The translations under genes were made by a program, and so were the position numbers. A stretch of 64,000 nt of DNA from Candidatus Obscuribacteraceae bacterium (lineage in GTDB: Bacteria > Cyanobacteriota > Vampirovibrionia > Obscuribacterales > Obscuribacteraceae): assembly GCA_044226015.1 (NCBI GenBank), contig JBGAHS010000005.1, positions 224,001-288,000 on the forward strand, given 5' to 3'. The notes below the pieces were generated by a model. That model was not told where the DNA came from. It was given only the letters and a program-made list of their open reading frames with translations, and did not search any database. Of this stretch, positions 29,419-39,352 are shown piece after piece (the stretch's first letter is position 1; each line of letters opens with the position of its first letter).

Positions 29419-30242
29419 GCGTAGCTAAGAATGCATCCGTGAGCAAGTTTCTTGTAATTGCAGTTTGCTTGCAGTCGGGGTTGTTTTTTATTCCTTCGGC
29501 ATCGAGTGCAGATGCGAAGAAGGATGATAAGTCTCCCTCGAAGGAACTTTTCAAAACCGCTGGCATTCTTAAAAGAATAGGACCACTTCATATGTCAGAC
29601 GCTGTTCTGCTGCGCCGAGGAGACGAAGTTGTAGTGCTTTCAGATGCTAATGACCCCATTAACGAAGCTGAATTGGCTGGCTGTATCATAGGTTCTTTCG
29701 GCACCGAATCTGGTTCTACCGTGGCTTCAGGCGGAACCATACTATTTATGAAGGGCGCCAGTTTGCCTGCCCTTGATGATGGTCGCAACGCTGAGCATCT
29801 CAGATTAAAAGATGGAAGGATGATTGATGGAAGAATACAATGGGTGCGAAATGGTGCAATTGGTATTCTAGAAAGGCACAATTTGAGGATTGTGCAGTTC
29901 AGCGAAATTGCAGTCCTGGTTTCGCCAAGAGCTTTTCAATTTAGTTCATTGACACAAGCAGATCAAGCTTCGTCAGGTCAGCTGAATTTTGTGGCAACGG
30001 CTGACACCCCGCCATCCAAATTCCTGGCAGAGGAAGTTAACCCGATGAAGGCTCGACTAACGAAGCATAGCCTTGCATCAAAAGCTGCTTTGACTGCTGC
30101 TTCTGCTGCAGCGATAGGAGCGTGTTTTGCACTTCCCATTGTGGTCGGAGTTGTAACGCCTAAGTTGAATAATAACAGTGGCGGTGGTAGTTCAGTTGGT
30201 GGCAGTTCCAGCTCGAGTTCGTCGAGTGGCGGATCAAACTAA
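29415..30242 (+). CDS. Exported/membrane hypothetical protein
   Basis: Signal-like N-terminus, C-terminal hydrophobic helix and Gly/Ser tail. Confidence 0.75.
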   Translation: MSVAKNASVSKFLVIAVCLQSGLFFIPSASSADAKKDDKSPSKELFKTAGILKRIGPLHMSDAVLLRRGDEVVVLSDANDPINEAELAGCIIGSFGTESGSTVASGGTILFMKGASLPALDDGRNAEHLRLKDGRMIDGRIQWVRNGAIGILERHNLRIVQFSEIAVLVSPRAFQFSSLTQADQASSGQLNFVATADTPPSKFLAEEVNPMKARLTKHSLASKAALTAASAAAIGACFALPIVVGVVTPKLNNNSGGGSSVGGSSSSSSSSGGSN

Positions 30243-30361
30243 GTGGCTCTCGCGGTGCGGCGCCCGCGTTAAATCGAACATTGTGTAATTCAATATTTGA
30301 CTTGCCGCAGTCTCCTCCGACAAAAACATGAACAACTTTTGGTCGGCCACAATCAAAACTT

Positions 30362-30979
30362 TTATTCAAGCGCCAGCGTGTTTTGAGCTATGATTTCACG
30401 CCAGCGTTTCTCAATAAACTCACGATTTTGCGACAAAGCAAAATGCAAGATTTGAGAGCGGAAACCTACCGTATTTTTCAAATATTCTGCCAATGGTTTG
30501 CTTGAGATATCCGCATAGTTCTTGAACCCAAGGTCCTCATGCAAATTCTGTGCCACCGCTTCATAAACGGCAGAACCTGCCACCATCGCATATCTATTCA
30601 TGATTGTTTTGACAGGCGTGCCTTTCACCACCTGGTCCATCGCTGAAACGCAGGAAGCTAAAAAGTCCGCTAGCCAATCTGGGCAGTCATCGCCTTGCTC
30701 GAACGAGATCAGGTACAAAATGATGCAGGTAAGATGCTTGATGCAATCTGCGTAATGATCATACGGAACTGGCTCTGCAGCCATGCTGCGAATGGGCTCA
30801 CCGAATTTGCCCTGGCGGCACTGTGCCAGGCTGTCCGATATGCAATCTGCCGACAGCATCGAAAGCGTAGCTGTCAGATATGCCAGGCGGTACGACCCGT
30901 CTTCACGAGTAACCGGTTGCAGGGCTGCTGGAATTTTGACGAAATCCTTTTCGGAAATTTCCGACGATGCGGACATCAC
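30362..30979 (-). CDS. Hypothetical protein
   Basis: 205-aa ORF; AGAGG RBS before the tandem GTG ATG. Confidence 0.75.
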   Translation of the reverse strand: MMSASSEISEKDFVKIPAALQPVTREDGSYRLAYLTATLSMLSADCISDSLAQCRQGKFGEPIRSMAAEPVPYDHYADCIKHLTCIILYLISFEQGDDCPDWLADFLASCVSAMDQVVKGTPVKTIMNRYAMVAGSAVYEAVAQNLHEDLGFKNYADISSKPLAEYLKNTVGFRSQILHFALSQNREFIEKRWREIIAQNTLALE

Positions 30980-31089
30980 TCACCTCTCTGTTCACATAAA
31001 TTATTGCAGGAAAAGCGAGTAGATAGTTAGTGTTCGGGGAATTATGACATTGGGTTCTGTTATACAGGTGTTAGTCCGGAGTTCTAGAA

Positions 31090-31410
31090 ATGTCCCGTAA
31101 TTTGGAAGGAAACGATTCAAAAGTTAGTAAGCACAGTGGTTTAGAGGATTCACCAGGAAAATTCTTGGCTGAATCATTTAGTAGAGAAGATCAAGTCTCG
31201 GTTTTCAAGAGGGGCGAAAATTCAAAAGACGTTGGTTCTATCGATTTCGACACAGAAATCGGAAGTGAAAAAGCCCGTCGCAAAGATTTTCCGCATAACT
31301 GGTACGAATCCAGTAAGAAAAACGCATATGGTCTACCTAGCGATTACTCTATGAGTAATGGAGTGGAGGCAACAATGCGCCTGGGATGGTCAAAGCTCAA
31401 TAACGCATGA
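31090..31410 (+). CDS. Hypothetical protein
   Basis: GGAG RBS, 106 aa, followed by a terminator. Confidence 0.7.
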   Translation: MSRNLEGNDSKVSKHSGLEDSPGKFLAESFSREDQVSVFKRGENSKDVGSIDFDTEIGSEKARRKDFPHNWYESSKKNAYGLPSDYSMSNGVEATMRLGWSKLNNA

Positions 31411-31432
31411 GCACTTAAAGCTGTTGGATTGC

Positions 31433-31460
31433 AAGCCCGGTCTAAATGACCGGGCTTTTT
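31433..31460 (+). terminator. Rho-independent terminator
   Basis: AAGCCCGGTC-TAAAT-GACCGGGCTT followed by TTT. Confidence 0.85.
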
Positions 31461-31472
31461 CTATGGGATGAT

Positions 31473-31574
31473 TGGTCCGGACTCATTCCTGGTCAGGGAC
31501 TGATTTGGGACTGATTTGGTCCGGGACTGATTCTGGTCCGACTCATTCCTGGTCAGGGACTAATTCTTAGTCCC
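31473..31574. repeat. Degenerate ~16-18 bp tandem repeat (GGACTnATTCnTGGTCnG)
   Basis: GGACTCATTCCTGGTCAG, GGACTGATTTGGTCCG, GGACTGATTCTGGTCC, GACTCATTCCTGGTCAG, GGACTAATTCTTAGTCC. Confidence 0.8.
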
Positions 31575-31610
31575 TTCGGGTGCAGCTAACTTCTCGGGCT
31601 ACTCACTGAA

Positions 31611-32150
31611 TTAGTGCTTGTGTCGGCACTTCAAATGTGCGAGCTTCTTGCGATTCAGCATGTGCCCAAATATTATTACCGTGTTGCCCGCTGTAATAAT
31701 CACGGCTTCAATAATTTCGCCCCAGGCTCGTGCGACAAAAGTAGCGAAAAATACAAGGGTGAGCCCCACTACACCGACATAAATAAGCCTTTTATCGCGG
31801 TGTTGCAGATAACCTGGAATGTATGCGATCAGGCAGAAGGTAAGCACAAAGCCGGCTAAGCCAGCATGCACCCAATCATGTTTCATCAGTGGTTTCGCCA
31901 CAAAAGGCATGACTGCTACGACTATAGGCAAGAGCAAGCAATGAATCATGCAAAGCGTAGAGGCGAAAACGCCTGCGATATCCATGAATCCGACTACGCG
32001 GGAGATCATCGGTTCCTGTGCATGAACCGCACGGGCCCCGGGTGCCGGTATCTCTTCAGGCTGAACAGGCTTGTGAGGATGCGTATGCGTGTGCGAATCG
32101 CATGCCTTTGTTGATTCTTCCTTTTCAGCGCCGCTCATAAAATTCACCAT
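31611..32150 (-). CDS. MerC-domain membrane protein with His-rich N-terminus
   Basis: D.AGVFASTLCMIHCLLLP MerC-type motif, four TM helices, GH.LN near the end, HTHTHPH segment. Confidence 0.85.
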   Translation of the reverse strand: MVNFMSGAEKEESTKACDSHTHTHPHKPVQPEEIPAPGARAVHAQEPMISRVVGFMDIAGVFASTLCMIHCLLLPIVVAVMPFVAKPLMKHDWVHAGLAGFVLTFCLIAYIPGYLQHRDKRLIYVGVVGLTLVFFATFVARAWGEIIEAVIITAGNTVIIFGHMLNRKKLAHLKCRHKH

Positions 32151-32349
32151 AGATCTTGTCTATTCTAGTTCATGGCTAAGTCGCTGGGCGACATATGACA
32201 GATATAAAAAGCGTCAAAAATCTTAGAGTCTAGATTTTTCAATTCTAACAGTCGCCGTGAGCAAGCCAAGATGCTGCTTTTGTGATGTCAATGCTTTTCA
32301 TGTTGGAAAAAATGGCGTTTAACTGAAAGGTTTCGTTCGCTATAATCCA

Positions 32350-34395
32350 GTGATGGAAAGGGATGCCGTGACTGATTCGAAGGACGATAGCGAAGAGATA
32401 GCAGCAGCGCTAGCCGCTGTATATGCTTTTATAGGCTCGGGTCAAGCGCAGTTGAACGAAGAAGAGCCCGAAAAGACCGTCTCGCCATGGCTTAAGGCAG
32501 GGCGCTTCGAAGGAATCGGCGTGGGCAGAGTGCTATCGCAAAGCCAGTTGAAAGGGCAGTCCTTCACCTGGCGCTCTGCAGCATCACGCAAATGGTTATC
32601 GCTGTCCATCTCTTTATTTGTCTTGGGATTCTGCGGAAGCAAGCCCGCCCTGGCTCTTGAGCGCATTGAGTACGAGGCACCAACCGACAACTCAGACAAT
32701 ACGCAATCTTCAAATGCTGCTGGCTGGAACCCAAGCCTTCCCGTGGCGCCCTTGATGAAGGATGACGCGCCGGGAAAGTCTTTAAGTAACCGAGAATCAA
32801 GTGCTTTGTCGCGCCCTGCTAATGCCAATTCGCCTCGAAGTTTGCCTCAGCAATTTGGATATGATGCTGGCAGTGCCGATTCTAGCGCCCACCCGCGAAC
32901 TTCATCTAGCTTTCCCTCTGACACTGCAGGTTCCAGCCCCGTAAGCACCCGAAGCATAAGGCTTGCTGGGGTTTCACCGCTAGGCGCACTTGCGCCAGCT
33001 CCTGAGCCTGTGAAAGTTGAAACTGTGGGCGCTCTGAGCGACCCGCGCTCTCCGATTCGTGTAGCTTTGAGTACCGCGAGCGCAGAAGCTGACTTCACTT
33101 TGCCAGACGGAGCACAATTAATTGAAGAAGGTAGCAATCGCCTTCTTGCGGAGCTGCCACCACAGAGCCAATGGCACATTTCCCTCGACAGCACTGGCGG
33201 CATGAAGCGACTAAGTTTTAGCGGCAAGCTCGCGAATCTGCCGACCTCCAAGGTTTTGCTCGCTAGCAATATGAGCAATGTTGCCAGCGCGGGGTACACA
33301 AGAAGCTTTAAGTCTTCGATGAAGGGCGGCTTCACTAGCGCACCTTACGTGATGGATGAGCCCCGACCGCGCTTCTCGTTGCCGGTAAAGACTGTTGATG
33401 CTCCGGTTTCAAAAAAGCAGAGCCCATACAAGCCTGCCTCTTACACAACTGGAGCCCCCGCCCCGAACCTGCCACTCACATCTGACGCAGCAGGTAAGCC
33501 TGTGTTGCCACCACCAGTGGTGAGCGGCTATATCATTTCAACCTCAAATCCGAATTCAGTAATATCTTTTGCTGGCAAAACATACAGGGGCAGCGTTTTG
33601 CTGAAACCCAGAAATGGCGAGAACAATACATATCTGGTCATCAACCAGTTAGATGTGGAAGATTACTTATTGTCTGTTGTTCCTTCAGAAATGCCATCGA
33701 GCTGGAGTCTGAATGCCTTGAAGGCGCAGACTATTGCGGCTCGCTCATACGCTTACGCGAATTTGAATAAGCACAAATCTGAAGGATATGACCTCAAATC
33801 GAACACCGAGGATCAGGTCTATCTGGGCGTCCAAACGGAAACAGAAGCGAGCAATCGTGCCGTGGCTGAGACCTCAGGGCAGGTTCTGAAGCACAATGGA
33901 AAGGTTGTGACAGCCTTCTTCCATAGCGCGGGGGGCGGTCACACTGAAGTATCAGAGCATGTATATGGCGGCAAGATTCCTTACTTGAAGAGCGTGCCTG
34001 ATTTTGATGACCAGTCACCGCATTTCAATTGGAATCGCAGCGTAGCTGTTCAAGTAATCGAAGACAACTTGAAGAAGCAAGGGCGTGACATCGGCGGTTT
34101 GCTTGGCATCTTCCCTCTTGAAAGAGGTCAATCACAAAGAGTCAGCAACGCTATGATTGCGGGAACTTTGCAAACCATTTTTGTGAGCGGCGAAGAATTG
34201 CGCCGCCTCTTAAGCCTTCCCAGCACAGTGTTCAACGTAGGCGTGGGACCTGACTCATACCTTGTCGCCGGCCGCGGATTTGGGCACGGACTTGGCATGT
34301 CACAGTGGGGAGCAAAATACCTTTCCGAGCAAGGGTATAATGCAGCGCAGATATTATCGTATTACTATAAAGATGTATCTGTCGAACAGTTTTGA
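32350..34395 (+). CDS. SpoIID/LytB-domain protein (peptidoglycan lytic transglycosylase family)
   Basis: YRG..INQLDVEDYLLSVVPSEMP..ALKAQTIAARSYA, DQVYLG, GRGFGHGLGMSQWGA, ILSYYY. Confidence 0.93.
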   Translation: MMERDAVTDSKDDSEEIAAALAAVYAFIGSGQAQLNEEEPEKTVSPWLKAGRFEGIGVGRVLSQSQLKGQSFTWRSAASRKWLSLSISLFVLGFCGSKPALALERIEYEAPTDNSDNTQSSNAAGWNPSLPVAPLMKDDAPGKSLSNRESSALSRPANANSPRSLPQQFGYDAGSADSSAHPRTSSSFPSDTAGSSPVSTRSIRLAGVSPLGALAPAPEPVKVETVGALSDPRSPIRVALSTASAEADFTLPDGAQLIEEGSNRLLAELPPQSQWHISLDSTGGMKRLSFSGKLANLPTSKVLLASNMSNVASAGYTRSFKSSMKGGFTSAPYVMDEPRPRFSLPVKTVDAPVSKKQSPYKPASYTTGAPAPNLPLTSDAAGKPVLPPPVVSGYIISTSNPNSVISFAGKTYRGSVLLKPRNGENNTYLVINQLDVEDYLLSVVPSEMPSSWSLNALKAQTIAARSYAYANLNKHKSEGYDLKSNTEDQVYLGVQTETEASNRAVAETSGQVLKHNGKVVTAFFHSAGGGHTEVSEHVYGGKIPYLKSVPDFDDQSPHFNWNRSVAVQVIEDNLKKQGRDIGGLLGIFPLERGQSQRVSNAMIAGTLQTIFVSGEELRRLLSLPSTVFNVGVGPDSYLVAGRGFGHGLGMSQWGAKYLSEQGYNAAQILSYYYKDVSVEQF

Positions 34396-34456
34396 GCTCT
34401 GGTAATCAAGTAGGTTTCAAGCCAAAACGATGTTTATTGGCTACGGAGTAATTTAA

Positions 34457-35806
34457 GTGCCGAATATCTTTTCAATACTTACGATGCTTGGCATTTTAAG
34501 TATTCTCATTCTTGTGCATGAAGCAGGACACTTCGCAGTTGCGCGCTTCTTCGGCTTTCAGACCCCAGTATTCGGTTTCGGCTTACCTTTTGGACCTTCG
34601 TGGACAATCGGTGAGAAGTGGGGCACGCAGTTCAAAATCCACCTGCTTATGCTTGGCGGATATGTCGCAATTCCCGAGTTGGGCGACGAATCTGCACTCG
34701 CGCATGAAGCTTATGGTGTGCCGCTGAAGCCGTTCACGAAGTTTCCCATCTGGCAGCGCGCACTGGTGGCGTTTGCTGGCGTTGCGATGAATATGATTTT
34801 TGCTTACTTCGTTATGGTTGCGATGGTTTGGCAATTGGGCTTGCCGTCGGACAAGGTGTATGTAAAAGAGCTTGTTCCGCAAATTCCAATTGCAAGAGAA
34901 GCGGGAGTTCAAGCGAATGACCACCTCGACACAATCGATGGCGTGAAAGTGACCACGATTGAGCAGGTAATTAGCTACTTTGGCAAACACAAGCAACAGA
35001 CGGTGACGCTCGGAATTTTGCGCGAACCTGAAGAGCTCAGGGGCACCGCAGATGGCGAGGCTAAAGCAACTAAGGTAGAAATCAAAGCTGCGCCCAATGC
35101 TGACGGTAAGTTAGGAATGGGGCTCGTCACTCCGCGTATCAAGACGGCAAATTTATCGCCGGTTGATGTGTGCAGTCACGCATTCAGCGAACTTGCTGAT
35201 TTAACCAATCAAATGGTTCAAACTCTGTGCAAGATGTTCTATCAAATTTTATTTGGCTGGGCAGAGCATCACCCCAAAGGCGAGGCTCCGAAAGCCGGCA
35301 TTGGCGACCTGCACGGGGTTCTGGTTGTCATCAAATGGGGGGCGGAACTTGCGCAGGAAGACTGGACGAGCCTGTTTACTTTTACAGCGCTCATAAGTAT
35401 GGACCTCGCGATAGTGAATTTGCTGCCTATTCCTGCACTTGATGGCGGACACTTGTTCTTCATGCTGATTGAAGCAATTCGTGGCAGACCGATGGACGAG
35501 AAGATTCACGGTGAAATGGTGAAGTGGGGTTTCATAAGTCTTCTTGCTCTGATGGCTTTAATTATGGTGAACGACATACGTGCACTGGTCACAGGTGAGC
35601 TAGACTATAAGAAGAAGAAACAGATTCAGGAGCAGAAGAAACCCGATGCTTCAATTGAATCGAAACCAAGCGATGAGAAGGTTGAAACTGAGGGCAATTC
35701 CTCAGAGGGGGCTGCAGGGGCGAACAAGTCGAGTGCTACAAATGAGAGCGCACCTGCTCTCGATGAAGCCGTAGACAAGACTGAAGCGGTGCCTGCAGGC
35801 AAATAG
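34457..35806 (+). CDS. rseP: RIP metalloprotease RseP (M50, PDZ domain)
   Basis: HEAGH, GGYV, PDZ-like AREAGVQAND, NLLPIPALDGGH. Confidence 0.95.
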   Translation: MPNIFSILTMLGILSILILVHEAGHFAVARFFGFQTPVFGFGLPFGPSWTIGEKWGTQFKIHLLMLGGYVAIPELGDESALAHEAYGVPLKPFTKFPIWQRALVAFAGVAMNMIFAYFVMVAMVWQLGLPSDKVYVKELVPQIPIAREAGVQANDHLDTIDGVKVTTIEQVISYFGKHKQQTVTLGILREPEELRGTADGEAKATKVEIKAAPNADGKLGMGLVTPRIKTANLSPVDVCSHAFSELADLTNQMVQTLCKMFYQILFGWAEHHPKGEAPKAGIGDLHGVLVVIKWGAELAQEDWTSLFTFTALISMDLAIVNLLPIPALDGGHLFFMLIEAIRGRPMDEKIHGEMVKWGFISLLALMALIMVNDIRALVTGELDYKKKKQIQEQKKPDASIESKPSDEKVETEGNSSEGAAGANKSSATNESAPALDEAVDKTEAVPAGK

Positions 35807-35819
35807 GAGACAAGGAAAG

Positions 35820-36065
35820 ATGCCGAGCTACGATTACAAATGCCAGGGCTGTAAAAACAATGTGACGCTTGAACGCTCAATGAGCGACGACAGCACACCG
35901 GTCTGCACAGAGTGCGGAAGTTCAGAAATGAATCGGGTATGGAGCGTCTCTTTCGTTATTTCGGGCGGCTCAACGCCAGATGCTGGGCAGGGAACGAAGA
36001 CCAGCTCTGCTCCGAAAAAGAGCGGCTGTGGATCTTGCAGCAGCCACGCTTGCGGCACCTGTTAG
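35820..36065 (+). CDS. FmdB-family zinc ribbon protein
   Basis: MPSYDYKCQGC..CTECGS..RVWS, C-terminal CGSCSSHACGTC. Confidence 0.9.
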   Translation: MPSYDYKCQGCKNNVTLERSMSDDSTPVCTECGSSEMNRVWSVSFVISGGSTPDAGQGTKTSSAPKKSGCGSCSSHACGTC

Positions 36066-36071
36066 GCCAGG

Positions 36072-36110
36072 GTCAGCCTGATAGTTAGCCTATTAGTCAG
36101 CCAAATAGTC
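36072..36110. repeat. Short 12-bp tandem repeat
   Basis: GTCAGCCTGATA, GTTAGCCTATTA, GTCAGCCAAATA, GTC. Confidence 0.65.
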
Positions 36111-36125
36111 CAAGTGGAATCTCTG

Positions 36126-36152
36126 GAGCATCCTGTTTTGGATGCTCTTTTC
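36126..36152 (+). terminator. Rho-independent terminator
   Basis: GAGCATCC-TGTTTT-GGATGCTC followed by a T run. Confidence 0.8.
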
Positions 36153-36369
36153 TATTGCTGACCTGCTAAGCAAGCCCGCGCGATTGCGATTTTGATTTAG
36201 CTCCCTGGGGGCTGGTATATTGCGCTGGCTCCTAGCCAAAAAGTATGCAAGGCAAGCTTCAGCCCGAAGTGACTAACTTCAATGTACCAGAGCGATTGTT
36301 TTGCACGCTAATTGCACGGTAGTTCCATTACTTTCTAACCATGAACTGGGCCAATGGTGGGAAATTAAA

Positions 36370-36651
36370 ATGGAAATGGAAAACGCAATCAACAATAATC
36401 ACGATGTCGCCGGTGATAAATTCGTTCAGGCAAATCAGGATGCATCATCTCGTTTTCTAGAAGAGCAGGCTACGGCGCCACCAGTGAAACCGACGACTAT
36501 GGACAAAGCTATGTGTGGCATCGGGCTTGCTGCATGGAGCTATCTAACTGTCGACACGATGGGACTGGCTGCACCAGGCTTGATATGGATGGGCTATCAG
36601 TGCCGAAACGAAATCAAAGATGTGCTTGGAATGAATAAGTCAGAAAAATAA
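36370..36651 (+). CDS. Small hypothetical protein with a Cys-flanked hydrophobic hairpin
   Basis: Probable start ATG 36370; polar N-terminal half, then CGIGLAAWSYLTVDTMGLAAPGLIWMGYQC. Confidence 0.65.
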   Translation: MEMENAINNNHDVAGDKFVQANQDASSRFLEEQATAPPVKPTTMDKAMCGIGLAAWSYLTVDTMGLAAPGLIWMGYQCRNEIKDVLGMNKSEK

Positions 36652-36739
36652 GGATTACAAGCCGATTTCTGAAACCGTAAGCCATCTCACGGTGGTTCCC
36701 CGTAGCAATCTCAGTGCGCTTGATCGTGATTAATCAGCT

Positions 36740-37636
36740 CTAGCAGCTGATTTCAGCCTGTGATTGTTTTGCTACATCGCGCAGTTCTTGCAATTTCTTC
36801 GTTTCTTCTTCCGAGAATGCGAAGGCTTCAGCGTCGCTGGGGAAATTGCCAGAGCGAACATCTTCTGCATATCTGCCAATTGCCTCGTTGCAAACTTCAG
36901 AAAGATTGGCATATCGGCGAACAAAGCGCGGCAAGAAGTCCGTATATTTGCCGAGCAGGTCATCGGTGACTAGTATCTGACCGTCGCAGCCAGCACCAGC
37001 ACCGATACCAATGGTAGGAATCTTTAATTCGTCGGAGATTATCTGAGCCACCGAGGACGGTACCATTTCCAGGACAAGGGCGAAACAACCTGCAGCTTCC
37101 ACTGCATGAGCATCTTCAATCAGCTTTTGTGCTTCTTCTGCATTGCGTCCCTGAACTCGGTTTCCGCCGAGCGCATGAATTGACTGCGGCGTAAAACCGA
37201 GATGTCCACATACTGGTATGCCCATTGACACCAGTCGTTCGATTACTTCCAGGTTTAGCTTGGTGGCACCTTCAAGCTTGACACCATGTGCTTGAGCTTC
37301 TTTGATGAATCTGCCTGCGTTGGTTATCGCTTGAATAATATCAACCTGATAGCTCATGAATGGCAAGTCTGCCACCACGAATGCCGTCTGCACGCCTCTG
37401 GTGACTGCGCGCGTGTGGTGCACCATTTCATCCATGGTCACCGCATGCGTCGTCTGGTGCCCCAGTGCCACCATCGCCAGGCTGTCACCAACAAGAATGA
37501 AATCAACTCCGGCGCGGTCTAATATTTTTGCCGTTCCGTAATCGTAAGCGGTGAGGGCGACAATTTTGCGTCCTTCCTTTTTATATTTCTGGAACGTGAG
37601 CGTCGATATGGCTCTGGTTTGTCCAACTTTACTCAT
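36740..37636 (-). CDS. panB: 3-methyl-2-oxobutanoate hydroxymethyltransferase
   Basis: LTAYD, LVGDSL, ADLPF, VKLEG, GHLGFTPQ, IGIGAG..DGQILV. Confidence 0.98.
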   Translation of the reverse strand: MSKVGQTRAISTLTFQKYKKEGRKIVALTAYDYGTAKILDRAGVDFILVGDSLAMVALGHQTTHAVTMDEMVHHTRAVTRGVQTAFVVADLPFMSYQVDIIQAITNAGRFIKEAQAHGVKLEGATKLNLEVIERLVSMGIPVCGHLGFTPQSIHALGGNRVQGRNAEEAQKLIEDAHAVEAAGCFALVLEMVPSSVAQIISDELKIPTIGIGAGAGCDGQILVTDDLLGKYTDFLPRFVRRYANLSEVCNEAIGRYAEDVRSGNFPSDAEAFAFSEEETKKLQELRDVAKQSQAEISC

Positions 37637-37696
37637 TTGATTTCAGCTTCGAAGAGGTGATTATGTCCAAAGTATAGCAGTCTATTTCTCTGCTGC

Positions 37697-39187
37697 TTAA
37701 TAGCCTCTTGTTCGCTTGTTTTCCTCGATTTTCTGCTGACGTATAAGATCTTGCTGCAGCTTTATCACGTGCTGCGGGTCGTAGGGGTACTTACCTGAGA
37801 CATCATGAAATCTCTTGTACATCATGCCTGCATCGGTTGGCAGGTTCATCTTCTCAAGCAAATATCCGTAGTTGTAAAAGGCACCATCAAATTGAGGGTC
37901 GATGGTAATTGCTTTCTGATTACTGGCGGCGGCGGCATTCAGGTCGCCCTGGGCTTCTTGCACAGAGCAGAGTCCCATGGTTGCTTCGAGACTGTTCGGG
38001 TTTAGCTCAAGCGCCCGTTCAAAGGAGGCTTTAGCTTCTTCCAATCTGCCGTCCTCGAAATTGTCTTGACCCTTTGATACCAATGCATCGATTTCCTCAG
38101 GGTCGTAGCTGAGGGGCTTTTTCTTGCGTTCCTTTTGTATAAGTTTGATTTGCTTCTTCAAGTCTTCAATGTGCTGAGCGTAGAGGGCGTCTGACCCACG
38201 CGCCTGGGCAACGTCCAGATAAGCATCTATGGCTTCAGCCAGTTTTCCTTTGTGCTCAAGACATTTGGCCTTATAGAGCTTCAAGTCCACCACGCGAAGC
38301 ATCGGGTACTTCTTTTCGTTGGTGTAGGTGGGGTTAATCTTCTGAGCTTCAGCAAGTTCTGCCATACAAAAATTCAGGTCGCCCCGATGATATCGCAGTT
38401 TAGCGAGTTCCCAGTGGGCAGCAGCAAGTCGGCGGTCGCATTGCAAAGCAGTTCTAAACTCGGCCTCGCCATCGTCGAGATTGCCTTTCGTCGAGTAGAT
38501 GATGCCCAAATGGTAGTGCACCATGGGGTTTTGGGGCGCCAGTTGCGCGGCACGCTCAAGCGCCTTGGTCGCAGTCATTATGTCGTCTGTTGAAGCGCGC
38601 TCAAAGATGCAGAGTCCCAATTCAAGCTGACCATCGGGCGAGTCAGGTTTCAGGCGCACATAAGATTCGAAGTACTCAATGGCGGAGTCGAGGTCTCCCT
38701 TCGTGTGCATCACCAAACCTATAAAGTAGTAGGGGTAGGGATACTTAGGGTCGAGTCGGATAATCTGCTTCCACTGATTGACTGCTTCTTCGACATCATT
38801 TTTATTGTGCTGCATGAACAATGCATAGTCGTTGCGACACTGAATGTAATTGTTGTCAAGGTTCATTGCAGTTCGGAATTCGTTCATAGCTTCTTCGTTG
38901 AAGCCGAGCTTAGCCGCCGTCAAAGCCTGCTTATAATGCGCTTCTTTGAACTTTCGGTAAGTATTTGTCGCCTTGCGAAACAGCTCAAGAGCCGCATTCA
39001 AGTCAGATTTCTCTGCTTCGAGTCCCTGCCGAAAGTACGCCTGTGACTTTGCCACGAGGTTTGCTTCATACTGGTCCATTGCCAGAGTCGCTGGCGGTGC
39101 GGCAAGCTGGCTCAAGCAAAGACCTGAACTCAGGCTGAGGAGGCATACTATATTGATGGAACGCCGCAAGAACCCGGTTCTTCTCAT
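37697..39187 (-). CDS. Secreted tetratricopeptide repeat protein
   Basis: Start MRRTGF at 39187 (AAGGA RBS), signal peptide, many canonical TPRs (A..LAP.N..HY.LG). Confidence 0.9.
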   Translation of the reverse strand: MRRTGFLRRSINIVCLLSLSSGLCLSQLAAPPATLAMDQYEANLVAKSQAYFRQGLEAEKSDLNAALELFRKATNTYRKFKEAHYKQALTAAKLGFNEEAMNEFRTAMNLDNNYIQCRNDYALFMQHNKNDVEEAVNQWKQIIRLDPKYPYPYYFIGLVMHTKGDLDSAIEYFESYVRLKPDSPDGQLELGLCIFERASTDDIMTATKALERAAQLAPQNPMVHYHLGIIYSTKGNLDDGEAEFRTALQCDRRLAAAHWELAKLRYHRGDLNFCMAELAEAQKINPTYTNEKKYPMLRVVDLKLYKAKCLEHKGKLAEAIDAYLDVAQARGSDALYAQHIEDLKKQIKLIQKERKKKPLSYDPEEIDALVSKGQDNFEDGRLEEAKASFERALELNPNSLEATMGLCSVQEAQGDLNAAAASNQKAITIDPQFDGAFYNYGYLLEKMNLPTDAGMMYKRFHDVSGKYPYDPQHVIKLQQDLIRQQKIEENKRTRGY

Positions 39188-39303
39188 TGGAAATCCTTTC
39201 GCATGGGCTGAAAGTTGATGCAGTTCTAATCTTACAATTTCCACGCGCAGTCGGCTAATCCAACTCATGAAATCATAAATGCTAAGTTGAATGCAAAAAA
39301 AAT

Positions 39304-39327
39304 GAGGAGCAGCAACCGCTGCTCCTC
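39304..39327 (-). terminator. Rho-independent terminator after the 925-aa gene
   Basis: GAGGAGCAGC-AACC-GCTGCTCCTC with an adjacent A run at 39295-39302 (U tail on the minus strand). Confidence 0.8.
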
Positions 39328-39352
39328 TATTCCCCGCCTTTAGCTTTTGTGT

